Positions 23,401-36,860 of a stretch of DNA of 64,000 nucleotides are shown here, in pieces. How positions within the stretch are numbered: the stretch's first letter is position 1; the number at the start of each line of letters is the position of its first letter. The position numbers and the translations under genes are program-made. Origin of the DNA: Eledone cirrhosa (lineage: Eukaryota); NCBI GenBank assembly GCA_964016885.1, contig OZ024740.1, positions 23,994,001-24,058,000 of the forward strand, given 5' to 3'. The notes under the pieces were generated by a model, which had not been told where the DNA came from, searched no databases, and saw only the letters and a list, made by a program, of their open reading frames with translations.

Positions 23401-26400
23401 TAGCCAGTGGTGAAGGAAACTGAGAGAGTTAAAGGGTGTAGCCAGTGGTGAAGGAAACATACAGAATTAAAGGGTGTAGCCAGTGGTGAAGGAAACTGAG
23501 AGAGTTAAAGGGTGTAGCCAGTGGTGAAGGAAACATACAGAGTTAAAGGGTGTAGCCAGTGGTGAAGGAAACTGAGAGAGTTAAAGGGTGTAGCCAGTGG
23601 TGAAGGAAACATACAGAATTAAAGGGTGTAGCCAGTGGTGAAGGAAACTGAGAGAGTTAAAGGGTGTAGCCAGTGGTGAAGGAAACATACAGAGTTAAAG
23701 GGTGTAGCCAGTGGTGAAGGACACTGAGAGAGTTAAAGGGTGTAGCCAGTGGTGAAGGAAACATACAGAATTAAAGGGTGTAGCCAGTGGTGAAGGAAAC
23801 TGAGAGAGTTAAAGGGTGTAGCCAGTGGTGAAGGAAACATACAGAGTTAAAGGGTGTAGCCAGTGGTGAAGGAAACATACAGAATTAAAGGGTGTAGCCA
23901 GTGGTGAAGGAAACATACAGAATTAAAGGGTGTAGCCAGTGGTGAAGGAAACATACAGAATTAAAGGGTGTAGCCAGTGGTGAAGGAAACATACAGAATT
24001 AAAGGGTGTAGCCAGTGGTGAAGGAAACTGAGAGAGTTAAAGGGTGTAGCCAGTGGTGAAGGAAACATACAGAGTAAAAGGGTGTAGCCAGTGGTGAAGG
24101 AAACATACAGAATTAAAGGGTGTAGCCAGTGGTGAAGGAAACATACAGAATTAAAGGGTGTAGCCAGTGGTGAAGGAAACATACAGAATTAAAGGGTGTA
24201 GCCAGTGGTGAAGGAAACATACAGAATTAAAGGGTGTAGCCAGTGGTGAAGGAAACTGAGAGAGTTAAAGGGTGTAGCCAGTGGTGAAGGAAACATACAG
24301 AGTTAAAGGGTGTAGCCAGTGGTGAAGGAAACTGAGAGAGTTAAAGGGTGTAGCCAGTGGTGAAGGAAACATACAGAATTAAAGGGTGTAGCCAGTGGTG
24401 AAGGAAACTGAGAGAGTTAAAGGGTGTAGCCAGTGGTGAAGGACACTGAGAGAGTTAAAGGGTGTAGCCAGTGGTGAAGGAAACTGAGAAAGTTAAAGGG
24501 TGTAGCCAGTGGTGAAGGAAACATACAGAATTAAAGGGTGTAGCCAGTGGTGAAGGAAACTGAGAGAGTTAAAGGGTGTAGCCAGTGGTGAAGGAAACAT
24601 ACAGAATTAAAGGGTGTAGCCAGTGGTGAAGGAAACTGAGAGAGTTAAAGGGTGTAGCCAGTGGTGAGGGAAACATACAGAATTAAAGGGTGTAGCCAGT
24701 GGTGAAGGAAACTGAGAGAGTTAAAGGGTGTAGCCAGTGGTGAAGGAAACATACAGAGTTAAAGGGTGTAGCCAGTGGTGAAGGACACTGAGAGAGTTAA
24801 AGGGTGTAGCCAGTGGTGAAGGAAACATACAGAATTAAAGGGTGTAGCCAGTGGTGAAGGAAACATACAGAATTAAAGGGTGTAGCCAGTGGTGACGGAA
24901 ACTGAGAGAGTTAAAGGGTGTAGCCAGTGGTGAAGGACACTGAGAGAGTTAAAGGGTGTAGCCAGTGGTGAAGGAAACATACAGAATTAAAGGGTGTAGC
25001 CAGTGGTGAAGGAAACATACAGAATTAAAGGGTGTAGCTAGTGGTGAAGGAAACTGAGAGAGTTAAAGGGTGTAGCCAGTGGTGAAGGACACATACAGAA
25101 TTAAAGGGTGTAGCCAGTGGTGAAGGAAACATACAGAATTAAAGGGTGTAGCCAGTGGTGAAGGAAACTGAGAGAGTTAAAGGGTGTAGCCAGTGGTGAA
25201 GGTAACATACAGAATTAAAGGGTGTAGCCAGTGGTGAAGGAAACATACAGAATTAAAGGGTGTAGCCAGTGGTGAAGGAAACATACAGAGTTAAAGGGTG
25301 TAGCCAGTGGTGAAGGAAACATACAGAGTTAAAGGGTGTAGCCAGTGGTGAAGGACACTGAGAGAGTTAAAGGGTGTAGCCAGTGGTGAAGGAAACATAC
25401 AGAATTAAAGGGTGTAGCCAGTGGTGAAGGAAACTGAGAGAGTTAAAGGGTGTAGCCAGTGGTGAAGGAAACATACAGAATTAAAGGGTGTAGCCAGTGG
25501 TGAAGGAAACTGAGAGAGTTAAAGGGTGTAGCCAGTGGTGAAGGAAACATACAGAATTAAAGGGTGTAGCCAGTGGTGAAGGACACTGAGAGAGTTAAAG
25601 GGTGTAGCCAGTGGTGAAGGAAACATACAGAATTAAAGGGTGTAGCCAGTGGTGAAGGAAACTGAGAGAGTTAAAGGGTGTAGCCAGTGGTGAAGGAAAC
25701 ATACAGAATTAAAGGGTGTAGCCAGTGGTGAAGGACACTGAGAGAGTTAAAGTGTGTAGCCAGTGGTGAAGGAAACATACAGAATTAAAGGGTGTAGCCA
25801 GTGGTGAAGGAAACATACAGAATTAAAGGGTGTAGCCAGTGGTGAAGGAAACATACAGAATTAAAGGGTGTAGCCAGTGGTGAAGGAAACATACAGAGTT
25901 AAAGGGTGTAGCCAGTGGTGAAGGAAACATACAGAGTTAAAGGGTGTAGCCAGTGGTGAAGGACACTGAGAGAGTTAAAGGGTGTAGCCAGTGGTGAAGG
26001 AAACATACAGAATTTAAGGGTGTAGCCAGTGGTGAAGGAAACTGAGAGAGTTAAAGGGTGTAGCCAGTGGTGAAGGAAACATACAGAATTAAAGGGTGTA
26101 GCCAGTGGTGAAGGAAACTGAGAGAGTTAAAGGGTGTAGCCAGTGGTGAAGGAAACATACAGAATTAAAGGGTGTAGCCAGTGGTGAAGGACACTGAGAG
26201 AGTTAAAGGGTGTAGCCAGTGGTGAAGGAAACATACAGAATTAAAGGGTGTAGCCAGTGGTGAAGGACACTGAGAGAGTTAAAGGGTGTAGCCAGTGGTG
26301 AAGGAAACATACAGAATTAAAGGGTGTAGCCAGTGGTGAAGGAAACATACAGAATTAAAGGGTGTAGCCAGTGGTGAAGGAAACATACAGAGTTAAAGGG

Positions 26401-29400
26401 TGTAGCCAGTGGTGAAGGAAACATACAGAGTTAAAGGGTGTAGCCAGTGGTGAAGGACACTGAGAGAGTTAAAGGGTGTAGCCAGTGGTGAAGGAAACAT
26501 ACAGAATTAAAGGGTGTAGCCAGTGGTGAAGGACACTGAGAGAGTTAAAGGGTGTAGCCAGTGGTGAAGGAAACATACAGAATTAAAGGGTGTAGCCAGT
26601 GGTGAAGGAAACATACAGAATTAAAGGGTGTAGCCAGTGGTGAAGGAAACATACAGAATTAAAGGGTGTAGCCAGTGGTGAAGGAAACATACAGAATTAA
26701 AGGGTGTAGCCAGTGGTGAAGGAAACATACAGAATTAAAGGGTGTAGCCAGTGGTGAAGGAAACATACAGAATTAAAGGGTGTAGCCAGTGGTGAAGGAA
26801 ACATACAGAATTAAAGGGTGTAGCCAGTGGTGAAGGACACTGAGAGAGTTAAAGGGTGTAGCCAGTGGTGAAGGAAACATACAGAGTTAAAGGGTGTAGC
26901 CAGTGGTGAAGGAAACATACAGAATTAAAGGGTGTAGCCAGTGGTGAAGGACACTGAGAGAGTAAAAGGGTGTAGCCAGTGGTGAAGGAAACATACAGAA
27001 TTAAAGGGTGTAGCCAGTGGTGAAGGAAACATACAGAATTAAAGGGTGTAGCCAGTGGTGAAGGAAACATACAGAATTAAAGGGTGTAGCCAGTGGTGAA
27101 GGAAACATACAGAATTAAAGGGTGTAGCCAGTGGTGAAGGAAATATACAGAATTAAAGGGTGTAGCCAGTGGTGAAGGAAACTGAGAGAGTTAAAGGGTG
27201 TAGCCAGTGGTGAAGGAAACATACAGAATTAAAGGGTGTAGCTAGTGGTGAAGGAAACTGAGAGAGTTAAAGGGTGTAGCCAGTGGTGAAGGAAACATAC
27301 AGAATTAAAGGGTGTAGCCAGTGGTGAAGGAAACTGAGAGAGTTAAAGGGTGTAGCCAGTGGTGAAGGAAACATACAGAATTAAAGGGTGTAGCCAGTGG
27401 TGAAGGAAACATACAGAATTAAAGGGTGTAGCCAGTGGTGAAGGAAACATACAGAATTAAAGGGTGTAGCCAGTGGTGAAGGAAACATACAGAATTAAAG
27501 GGTGTAGCCAGTGGTGAAGGAAACATACAGAATTAAAGGGTGTAGCCAGTGGTGAAGGAAACATACAGAATTAAAGGGTGTAGCCAGTGGTGAAGGAAAC
27601 ATACAGAATTAAAGGGTGTAGCCAGTGGTGAAGGAAACATACAGAATTAAAGGGTGTAGCCAGTGGTGAAGGAAACATACAGAATTAAAGGGTGTAGCCA
27701 GTGGTGAAGGAAACTGAGAGAGTTAAAGGGTGTAGCCAGTGGTGAAGGAAACATACAGAATTAAAGGGTGTAGCCAGTGGTGAAGGAAACTGAGAGAGTT
27801 AAAGGGTGTAGCCAGTGGTGAAGGAAACATACAGAATTAAAGGGTGTAGCCAGTGGTGAAGGAAACTGAGAGAGTTAAAGGGTGTAGCCAGTGGTGAAGG
27901 AAACATACAGAGTTAAAGGGTGTAGCCAGTGGTGAAGGAAACATACAGAATTAAAGGGTGTAGCCAGTGGTGAAGGAAACTGAGAGAGTTAAAGGGTGTA
28001 GCCAGTGGTGAAGGAAACATACAGGATTAAAGGGTGTAGCTAGTGGTGAAGGAAACTGAGAGAGTTAAAGGGTGTAGCCAGTGGTGAAGGAAACATACAG
28101 GATTAAAGGGTGTAGCTAGTGGTGAAGGAAACTGAGAGAGTTAAAGGGTGTAGCCAGTGGTGAAGGAAACATACAGAATTAAAGGGTGTAGCCAGTGGTG
28201 AAGGAAACTGAGAGAGTTAAAGGGTGTAGCCAGTGGTGAAGGAAACATACAGAATTAAAGGGTGTAGCCAGTGGTGAAGGAAACATACAGAATTAAAGGG
28301 TGTAGCCAGTGGTGAAGGAAACATACAGAATTAAAGGGTGTAGCCAGTGGTGAAGGAAACATACAGAATTAAAGGGTGTAGCCAGTGGTGAAGGAAACAT
28401 ACAGAATTAAAGGGTGTAGCCAGTGGTGAAGGAAACATACAGAATTAAAGGGTGTAGCCAGTGGTGAAGGAAACATACAGAATTAAAGGGTGTAGCCAGT
28501 GGTGAAGGAAACTGAGAGAGTTAAAGGGTGTAGCCAGTGGTGAAGGAAACATACAGAATTAAAGGGTGTAGCCAGTGGTGAAGGAAACTGAGAGAGTTAA
28601 AGGGTGTAGCCAGTGGTGAAGGAAACATACAGAATTAAAGGGTGTAGCCAGTGGTGAAGGAAACATACAGAATTAAAGGGTGTAGCCAGTGGTGAAGGAA
28701 ACTGAGAGAGTTAAAGGGTGTAGCCAGTGGTGAAGGAAACATACAGAATTAAAGGGTGTAGCCAGTGGGGAAGGACACATACAGAATTAAAGGGTGTAGC
28801 CAGTGGTGAAGGAAACATACAGAATTAAAGGGTGTAGCCAGTGGGGAAGGACACATACAGAATTAAAGGGTGTAGCCAGTGGTGAAGGAAACATACAGAA
28901 TTAAAGGGTGTAGCCAGTGGTGAAGGACACATACAGAATTAAAGGGTGTAGCCAGTGGTGAAGGAAACATACAGAATTAAAGGGTGTAGCCAGTGGTGAA
29001 GGAAACATACAGAATTAAAGGGTGTAGCTAGTGGTGAAGGACACTGAGAGAATTAAAGGGTGTAGCCAGTGGTGAAGGAAACATACAGAATTAAAGGGTG
29101 TAGCCAGTGGTGAAGGAAACTGAGAGAGTTAAAGGGTGTAGCCAGTGGTGAAGGAAACATACAGAATTAAAGGGTGTAGCCAGTGGTGAAGGAAACATAC
29201 AGAATTAAAGGGTGTAGCCAGTGGTGAAGGAAACATACAGAATTAAAGGGTGTAGCCAGTGGTGAAGGAAACATACAGAATTAAAGGGTGTAGCCAGTGG
29301 TGAAGGAAACATACAGAATTAAAGGGTGTAGCCAGTGGTGAAGGAAACATACAGAATTAAAGGGTGTAGCCAGTGGTGAAGGACACATACAGAGTTAAAG

Positions 29401-32400
29401 GGTGTAGCCAGTGGTGAAGGAAACTGAGAGGGTTAAAGGGTGTAGCCAGTGGTGAAGGAAACATACAGAATTAAAGGGTGTAGCTAGTGGTGAAGGAAAC
29501 ATACAGAGTTAAAGGGTGTAGCCAGTGGTGAAGGAAACATACAGAAGTAAAGGGTGTAGCTAGTGGTGAAGGAAACTGAGAGAGTTAAAGGGTGTAGCCA
29601 GTGGTGAAGGAAACATACAGAGTTAAAGGGTGTAGCCAGTGGTGAAGGAAACATACAGAATTAAAGGGTGTAGCCAGTGGTGAAGGAAACATACAGAGTT
29701 AAAGGGTGTAGCCAGTGGTGAAGGAAACTGAGAGAGTTAAAGGGAGTAGCCAGTGGTGAAGAAAACATACAGAATTAAAGGGTGTAGCCAGTGGTGAAGG
29801 AAACATACAGAATTAAAGGGTGTAGCCAGTGGTGAAGGAAACTGAGAGAGTTAAAGGGTGTAGCCAATGGTGAAGGAAACATACAGAATTAAAGGGTGTA
29901 GCTAGTGGTGAAGGAAACTGAGAGAGTTAAAGGGTGTAGCCAGTGGTGAAGGAAACATACAGAATTAAAGGGTGTAGCTAGTGGTGAAGGAAACATACAG
30001 AATTAAAGGGTGTAGCCAGTGGTGAAGGAAACATACAGAATTAAAGGGTGTAGCCAGTGGTGAAGGACACTGAGAGAGTTAAAGGGTGTAGCCAGTGGTG
30101 AAGGAAACTGAGAGAGTTAAAGGGTGTAGCCAGTGGTGAAGGAAACATACAGAATTAAAGGGTGTAGCCAGTGGTGAAGGAAACTGAGAGAGTTAAAGGG
30201 TGTAGCCAGTGGTGAAGGAAACTGAGAGAGTTAAAGGGTGTAGCCAGTGGTGAAGGAAACATACAGAATTAAAGGGTGTAGCCAGTGGTGAAGGAAACAT
30301 ACAGAATTAAAGGGTGTAGCCAGTGGTGAAGGAAACATACAGAATTAAAGGGTGTAGCCAGTGGTGAAGGAAACTGAGAGAGTTAAAGGGTGTAGCCAGT
30401 GGTGAAGGAAACATACAGAATTAAAGGGTGTAGCCAGTGGTGAAGGAAACTGAGAGAGTTAAAGGGTGTAGCCAGTGGTGAAGGAAACATACAGAATTAA
30501 AGGGTGTAGCCAGTGGTGAAGGAAACATACAGAATTAAAGGGTGTAGCCAGTGGTGAAGGAAACATACAGAGTTAAAGGGTGTAGCCAGTGGTGAAGGAA
30601 ACATACAGAATTAAAGGGTGTAGCCAGTGGTGAAGGAAACATACAGAGTTAAAGGGTGTAGCCAGTGGTGAAGGAAACATACAGAATTAAAGGGTGTAGC
30701 CAGTGGTGAAGGAAACTGAGAGAGTTAAAGGGTGTAGCCAGTGGTGAAGGAAACATACAGAATTAAAGGGTGTAGCCAGTGGTGAAGGAAACTGAGAGAG
30801 TTAAAGGGTGTAGCCAGTGGTGAAGGAAACATACAGAATTAAAGGGTGTAGCCAGTGGTGAAGGAAACATACAGAATTAAAGGGTGTAGCCAGTGGTGAA
30901 GGAAACATACAGAGTTAAAGGGTGTAGCCAGTGGTGAAGGAAACATACAGAATTAAAGGGTGTAGCCAGTGGTGAAGGAAACATACAGAGTTAAAGGGTG
31001 TAGCCAGTGGTGAAGGAAACTGAGAGAGTTAAAGGGTGTAGCCAGTGGTGAAGGAAACATACAGAATTAAAGGGTGTAGCCAGTGGTGAAGGAAACTGAG
31101 AGAGTTAAAGGGTGTAGCCAGTGGTGAAGGAAACATACAGAATTAAAGGGTGTAGCCAGTGGTGAAGGAAACTGAGAGAGTTAAAGGGTGTAGCCAGTGG
31201 TGAAGGAAACATACAGAATTAAAGGGTGTAGCCAGTGGTGAAGGAAACATACAGAATTAAAGGGTGTAGCCAGTGGTGAAGGAAACTGAGAGAGTTAAAG
31301 GGTGTAGCCAGTGGTGAAGGACACATACAGAATTAAAGGGTGTAGCCAGTGGTGAAGGAAACATACAGAATTAAAGGGTGTAGCCAGTGGTGAAGGAAAC
31401 ATACAGAATTACAGGGTGTAGCCAGTGGTGAAGGAAACATACAGAATTACAGGGTGTAGCCAGTGGTGAAGGAAACATACAGAATTAAAGGGTGTAGCCA
31501 GTGGTGAAGGAAACTGAGAGAGTTAAAGGGTGTAGCCAGTGGTGAAGGAAACATACAGAATTGCAGGGTGTAGCCAGTGGTGAAGGAAACATACAGAATT
31601 AAAGGGTGTAGCCAGTGGTGAAGGAAACTGAGAGAGTTAAAGGGTGTAGCTAGTGGTGAAGGAAACATACAGAATTAAAGGGTGTAGCCAGTGGTGAAGG
31701 AAACATACAGAATTGCAGGGTGTAGCCAGTGGTGAAGGAAACATACAGAATTAAAGGGTGTAGCCAGTGGTGAAGGAAACTGAGAGAGTTAAAGGGTGTA
31801 GCCAGTGGTGAAGGAAACTGAGAGAGTTAAAGGGTGTAGCCAGTGGTGAAGGAAACATACAGAATTAAAGGGTGTAGCCAGTGGTGAAGGAAACATACAG
31901 AATTAAAGGGTGTAGCCAGTGGTGAAGGAAACTGAGAGAGTTAAAGGGTGTAGCCAGTGGTGAAGGAAACATACAGAATTGCAGGGTGTAGCCAGTGGTG
32001 AAGGAAACATACAGAATTAAAGGGTGTAGCCAGTGGTGAAGGAAACATACAGAATTAAAGGGTGTAGCCAGTGGTGAAGGAAACATACAGAATTAAAGGG
32101 TGTAGCCAGTGGTGAAGGAAACTGAGAGAGTTAAAGGGTGTAGCCAGTAGTGAAGGAAACTGAGAGAGTTAAAGGGTGTAGCCAGTGGTGAAGGAAACTG
32201 AGAGAGTTAAAGGGTGTAGCCAGTGGTGAAGGAAACATACAGAGTTAAAGGGTGTAGCTAGTGGTGAAGGAAGCTGAGAGAGTTAAAGGGTGTAGCCAGT
32301 GGTGAAGGAAACATACAGAGTTAAAGGGTGTAGCCAGTGGTGAAGGAAACATACAGAATTAAAGGGTGTAGCCAGTGGTGAAGGAAACATACAGAATTAA

Positions 32401-33393
32401 AGGGTGTAGCTAGTGGTGAAGGACACATACAGAATTAAAGGGTGTAGCCAGTGGTGAAGGAAACTGAGAGAGTTAAAGGGTGTAGCTGCTGGTGAAGGAA
32501 ACATACAGAATTAAAGGGTGTAGCCAGTGGTGAAGGAAACATACAGAATTAAAGGGTGTAGCCAGTGGTGAAGGAAACTGAGAGAGTTAAAGGGTGTAGC
32601 CAGTGGTGAAGGAAACATACAGAATTAAAGGGTGTAGCCAGTGGTGAAGGAAACTGAGAGAGTTAAAGGGTGTAGCCAGTGGTGAAGGAAACATACAGAT
32701 TTAAAGGGTGTAGCTAGTGGTGAAGGACACATACAGAATTAAAGGGTGTAGCCAGTGGTGAAGGAAACTGAGAGAGTTAAAGGGTGTAGCTGCTGGTGAA
32801 GGAAACATACAGAATTAAAGGGTGTAGCCAGTGGTGAAGGAAACATACAGAATTAAAGGGTGTAGCCAGTGGTGAAGGAAACTGAGAGAGTTAAAGGGTG
32901 TAGCTGCTGGTGAAGGAAACATACAGAATTAAAGGGTGTAGCCAGTGGTGAAGGAAACATACAGAATTAAAGGGTGTAGCCAGTGGTGAAGGAAACATAG
33001 AGATTTGAAGGGTGTAGCCAGTGGTGAAGGAAACATAGAGATTTGAAGGGTGTAGGAAACATAGAGATTTAAAGGGTGTAGCCAGTGGTGAAGGAAACTG
33101 AGAGAGTTAAAGGGTGTAGCTGCTGGTGAAGGAAACATACAGAATTAAAGGGTGTAGCCAGTGGTGAAGGAAACATAGAGAATTAAAGGGTGTAGCCAGT
33201 GGTGAAGGAAACATAGAGATTTGAAGGGTGTAGCCAGTGGTGAAGGAAACATAGAGATTTGAAGGGTGTAGGAAACATAGAGATTTAAAGGGTGTAGCCA
33301 GTGGTGAAGGAAACTGAGAGAGTTAAAGGGTGTAGCTGCTGGTGAAGGAAACATAGAGATTTGAAGGGTGTAGGAAACATACAGATTTAAAGG
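11474..33393. repeat. 38-bp tandem satellite, ~575 units
   Basis: Unit CCAGTGGTGAAGGAAAC-[ATACAGAA|TGAGAGAG|ATACAGAG]-TTAAAGGGTGTAG, with almost no indels until the right edge. Confidence 0.99.
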
Positions 33394-33574
33394 CATCCCG
33401 TCTGGGGATTTGTCTTCCTTTTTAGCGACATTTAGGACAATTATATCTATTGTTATCATAAGGTATTTCATATGTTAGGGTGAGATTTGTGGGAGATTAG
33501 CTGCTATTTCTGGTAGGTCGACGACCGGCGTAGATGCTGCTGCGAAACATCGGAGGATAAAAATAATGAAGATA

Positions 33575-33727
33575 ATAACGATGATGATGGTGTTGGTGAT
33601 GGTGGAATTGATGGTGTTAATGATGATGATGATGATGATTGTAATGATGATATACGATGACGATCGTGCTGGTAATGATGGTGATGGTGATGATGGTGAC
33701 GATGCTGCTGCTGCTGCTGCTGCTGGT
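33575..33727. repeat. Degenerate (GAT)n/(GCT)n trinucleotide tract
   Basis: GATGATGAT...GCTGCTGCT runs. Confidence 0.85.
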
Positions 33728-33884
33728 AGTGACAACTCCTGTGTAAAAGTCTGTCTGTTGTCTTCTACAAACATGTAAAGCTATAATCACAACACAAGCC
33801 ATTTCTTTCACTCTTTTAATTTCATCTCCTCCCCCTCCCCTCTTATTTCTCTACTTTCACTTAGTCTCTCTCTTTCTCTTCCTA

Positions 33885-33905
33885 ATTACTTCTCTCTCTC
33901 ATATC

Positions 33906-33937
<32 letters not shown>

Positions 33938-35692
33938 CTCACATCCTCTCTCTCTCTCTCACTCTCACATCCCCTCTATAACTCTCTCTCTCTGTCTCAC
34001 ATCTTCTCTATAACTCTCTCTCTCACTCACTCTCACATCCTCTCTATAACTCTCTTTCTCTCTGTCTCACATCTTCTCTATAACTCTCTCTCTCTCTCAC
34101 TGACTCTCACATCTTCTCTATAACTCTCTCTCTCTGTCTCACATCTTCTCTATAACTCTCTCTCTCTCTCTCTCTCTCTCACATCTTCTATATAACTCTC
34201 TCTCTCACTCACTCTCGCATCTTCTCTATAACTCTCTCTCTCACTCACTCTCACATCTTCTCTATAACTCTCTCTCTCTCTCTGTCTCACATCTTCTCTA
34301 TAACTCTCTCTTTCTCTCTCTGTCTCACATCTTCTCTATAACTCTCTCTCTCTCACTCACTCTCACATCTTCTCTATAACTCTCTCTCTCTCTGTCTCAC
34401 ATCTTCTCTATAACTCTCTCTCACTCACTCTCACAACTTCTCTATAACTCTCTATCTCTCTCTGTCTCACATCTTCTCTATAACTCTCTCTCTCTCTGTC
34501 TCACATCTTCTCTATAACTCTCTCTCACTCACTCTCACATCTTCTCTATAACTCTCTCTCTCACTCACTCTCACATCCTCTCTATAACTCTCTCTCTCTC
34601 ACTCACTCTCACATCTTCTCTATAACTCTCTCTCTCACTCACTCTCACATCTTTTCTATAACTCTCTCTCTCACTCACTCTCACATCCTCTCTATAACTC
34701 TCTCTCTCTCTCTCTGTCTCACATCTTCTCTATAACTCTCTCTCTCACTCACTCTCACATCTTCTCTATAACTCTCTCTCTCACTCACTCTCACATCCTC
34801 TCTATAACTCTCTCTCTCTCTCTGTCTCACATCTTCTCTATAACTCTCTCTATCTCTGTCTCACATCTTATCTGTAACTCTCTCTCTCTCTCTCTCTGCC
34901 TCACATCTTATCTATAACTCTCTCTCTCACTCACTCTCACATCTTCTCTATAACTCTCTCTCACTCACTCTCACATCTTCTCTATAACTCTCTCTCACTC
35001 ACTCTCACATCTTCTCTATAACTCTCTCTCTCTGTCTCACATCTTCTCTATAACTCTTTCTCTCTCTGTCTCACATCTTCTCTATAATTCTCTCTCTCAC
35101 TCACTCTCACATCTTCTCTATAACTCTCTCTCTCACTCACTCTCACATCTTCTCTATAACTCTCTCTCTCTCACTCACTCTCACATCTTCTCTATAACTC
35201 TCTCTCTCACTCACTCTCACATCTTCTCTATAACTCTCTCTCTCTCTGTCTCACATCTTCTCTATAACTCTCTCTCTCTCTGTCTCACATATTCTCTATA
35301 ACTCTCTCTCTCTCACATCTTCTCTATAACTCTCTCTCTCTCTCACATCTTCTCTATAACTCTCTCTCTCTCTCACTCACTCTCACATCCTCTCTATAAC
35401 TCTCTCTCTCTCTCACTCACTCTCACATCCTCTCTATAACTCTCTCTCTCTCTCACTCACTCTCACATCCTCTCTATAACTCTCTCTCTATCTATCTCTC
35501 TCATCTTCTCTATAACTCTCTCTCTCACTCACTCTCACATCCTCTCTATAACTCTCTCTCTCTCTCACTCTCACATCCTCTCTATAACTCTCTCTCACTC
35601 ACTCTCACATCCTCTCTATAACTCTCTCTCTCTCACTCTCACATCTCTATAACTCTCTCTCTCTCTCTGTCTCACATCCTCTCTATAACTCT
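33885..35692. repeat. (CT)n-containing minisatellite, core TCTCACATCTTCTCTATAAC
   Basis: Repeated core separated by variable (CT)n with ACTC/GTC variants; unit ~30-45 bp. Confidence 0.95.
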
Positions 35693-35928
35693 CGGGACAG
35701 CCGGGTCTGGCTTGGCCCTGGGGCGGACTCTCGCCGCCACCAGAACCGCCACATCCACCACCAAAGACAGTGTTGGAATGGTGAACAACTCTCCCTCTCT
35801 GTCTCACATCCTCTCTATAACTCCCTCTTTCTCTCTGTCTTTCTTTGTGTGACTCTCCCTCTCTCTCTCTAGTTTTCTATCTAGCACTGGATCCCATCCT
35901 CCATCATCTAACACACACACACACACAT

Positions 35929-35959
<31 letters not shown>

Positions 35960-36649
35960 CACACACTCACACATATATATACATTGTATATATATATATA
36001 TATGCATATAAATATATGTACGTATCTCCATATATAAGATAGACACTCACATACACAAACATACATGTATGTGTGTATATGTCTGTGTATGTATGTGTAT
36101 GTGTGTGTGTGTATGTGTGTGTGTATGTGTATGTGTATGTGTGTGTGTGTGTATGTGTATGTGTGTGTTCCCCATTCATCTCTCTCTAACCTTGCATCCC
36201 TTTATCACAGACACGAGCACAGGTTTTTTTGTCTCTCTCTCTCTCTCTTGCGCTCTCTCTCTCTCTATCTACCTTTCTAACCTTGTCTTACTACCAACAT
36301 CCCTCTCTCTCTCATTTACTGTGTCTCATCGTCCCTCTCTTTCTCTCAAATATTCTATCTCAGTCACTCTCTCTCTCTCCCTCTCCCTCTCTCTCTCATT
36401 TATTCTGCCTCATCCCCCTCTCCGCCTCTCTCTCTAATTTAATCTGTCTCAATCTCCCCCTCTCTCCCATTTATTCAGCCTCATCCCTCCTCTCCCCCTC
36501 TCCCCCTCTCTCATTTAATCCGTCTCAGTCTCCCCCCTCTCACTCTCTCATTTATTCCGTCTCAGTCTTCCCCGCTCTCTCTCACACACACACTTTATAC
36601 TTTCTCCTTTATATTACTCCCCCTCTCCATCACTTCCTCCTCTCCGCAT

Positions 36650-36806
36650 CACTAACTGCTCCACTTTCCCCCTCCAACAGATCTCCAAGACCTCTCTGAA
36701 TATTCATAATACTTCCACATCCACCACCAAAGACAGTGTGGAATGGTGAACAACCAGTCGTTTTCTAGCTTTGATGTCCTTCCATACAAATTATGATCAA
36801 ATTAAA
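36650..36806 (+). other. Possible 3' splice site and short terminal exon
   Basis: Branch-point CACTAAC (36650-36656), pyrimidine tract, CAACAG| at 36680, stop within 23 codons in all frames, ATTAAA at 36801-36806. Confidence 0.3.
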
Positions 36807-36860
36807 ACTTTATGGACACTGCTTTCTCTCTTTTTCTTGTGATTTTTGTAGCAAATATTC

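Noticed and set aside
11474-33393. CRISPR array
   Set aside because: The variable part is only 8 nt with about three recurring alleles; there are no unique spacers, no cas genes, and the context is eukaryotic.
11474-33393. Telomeric repeat (TTAAAGGG in each unit) and 73-aa ORFs
   Set aside because: It is not tandem TTAGGG; the ORFs arise only where a point variant removes the recurring stop of a 38-nt unit.
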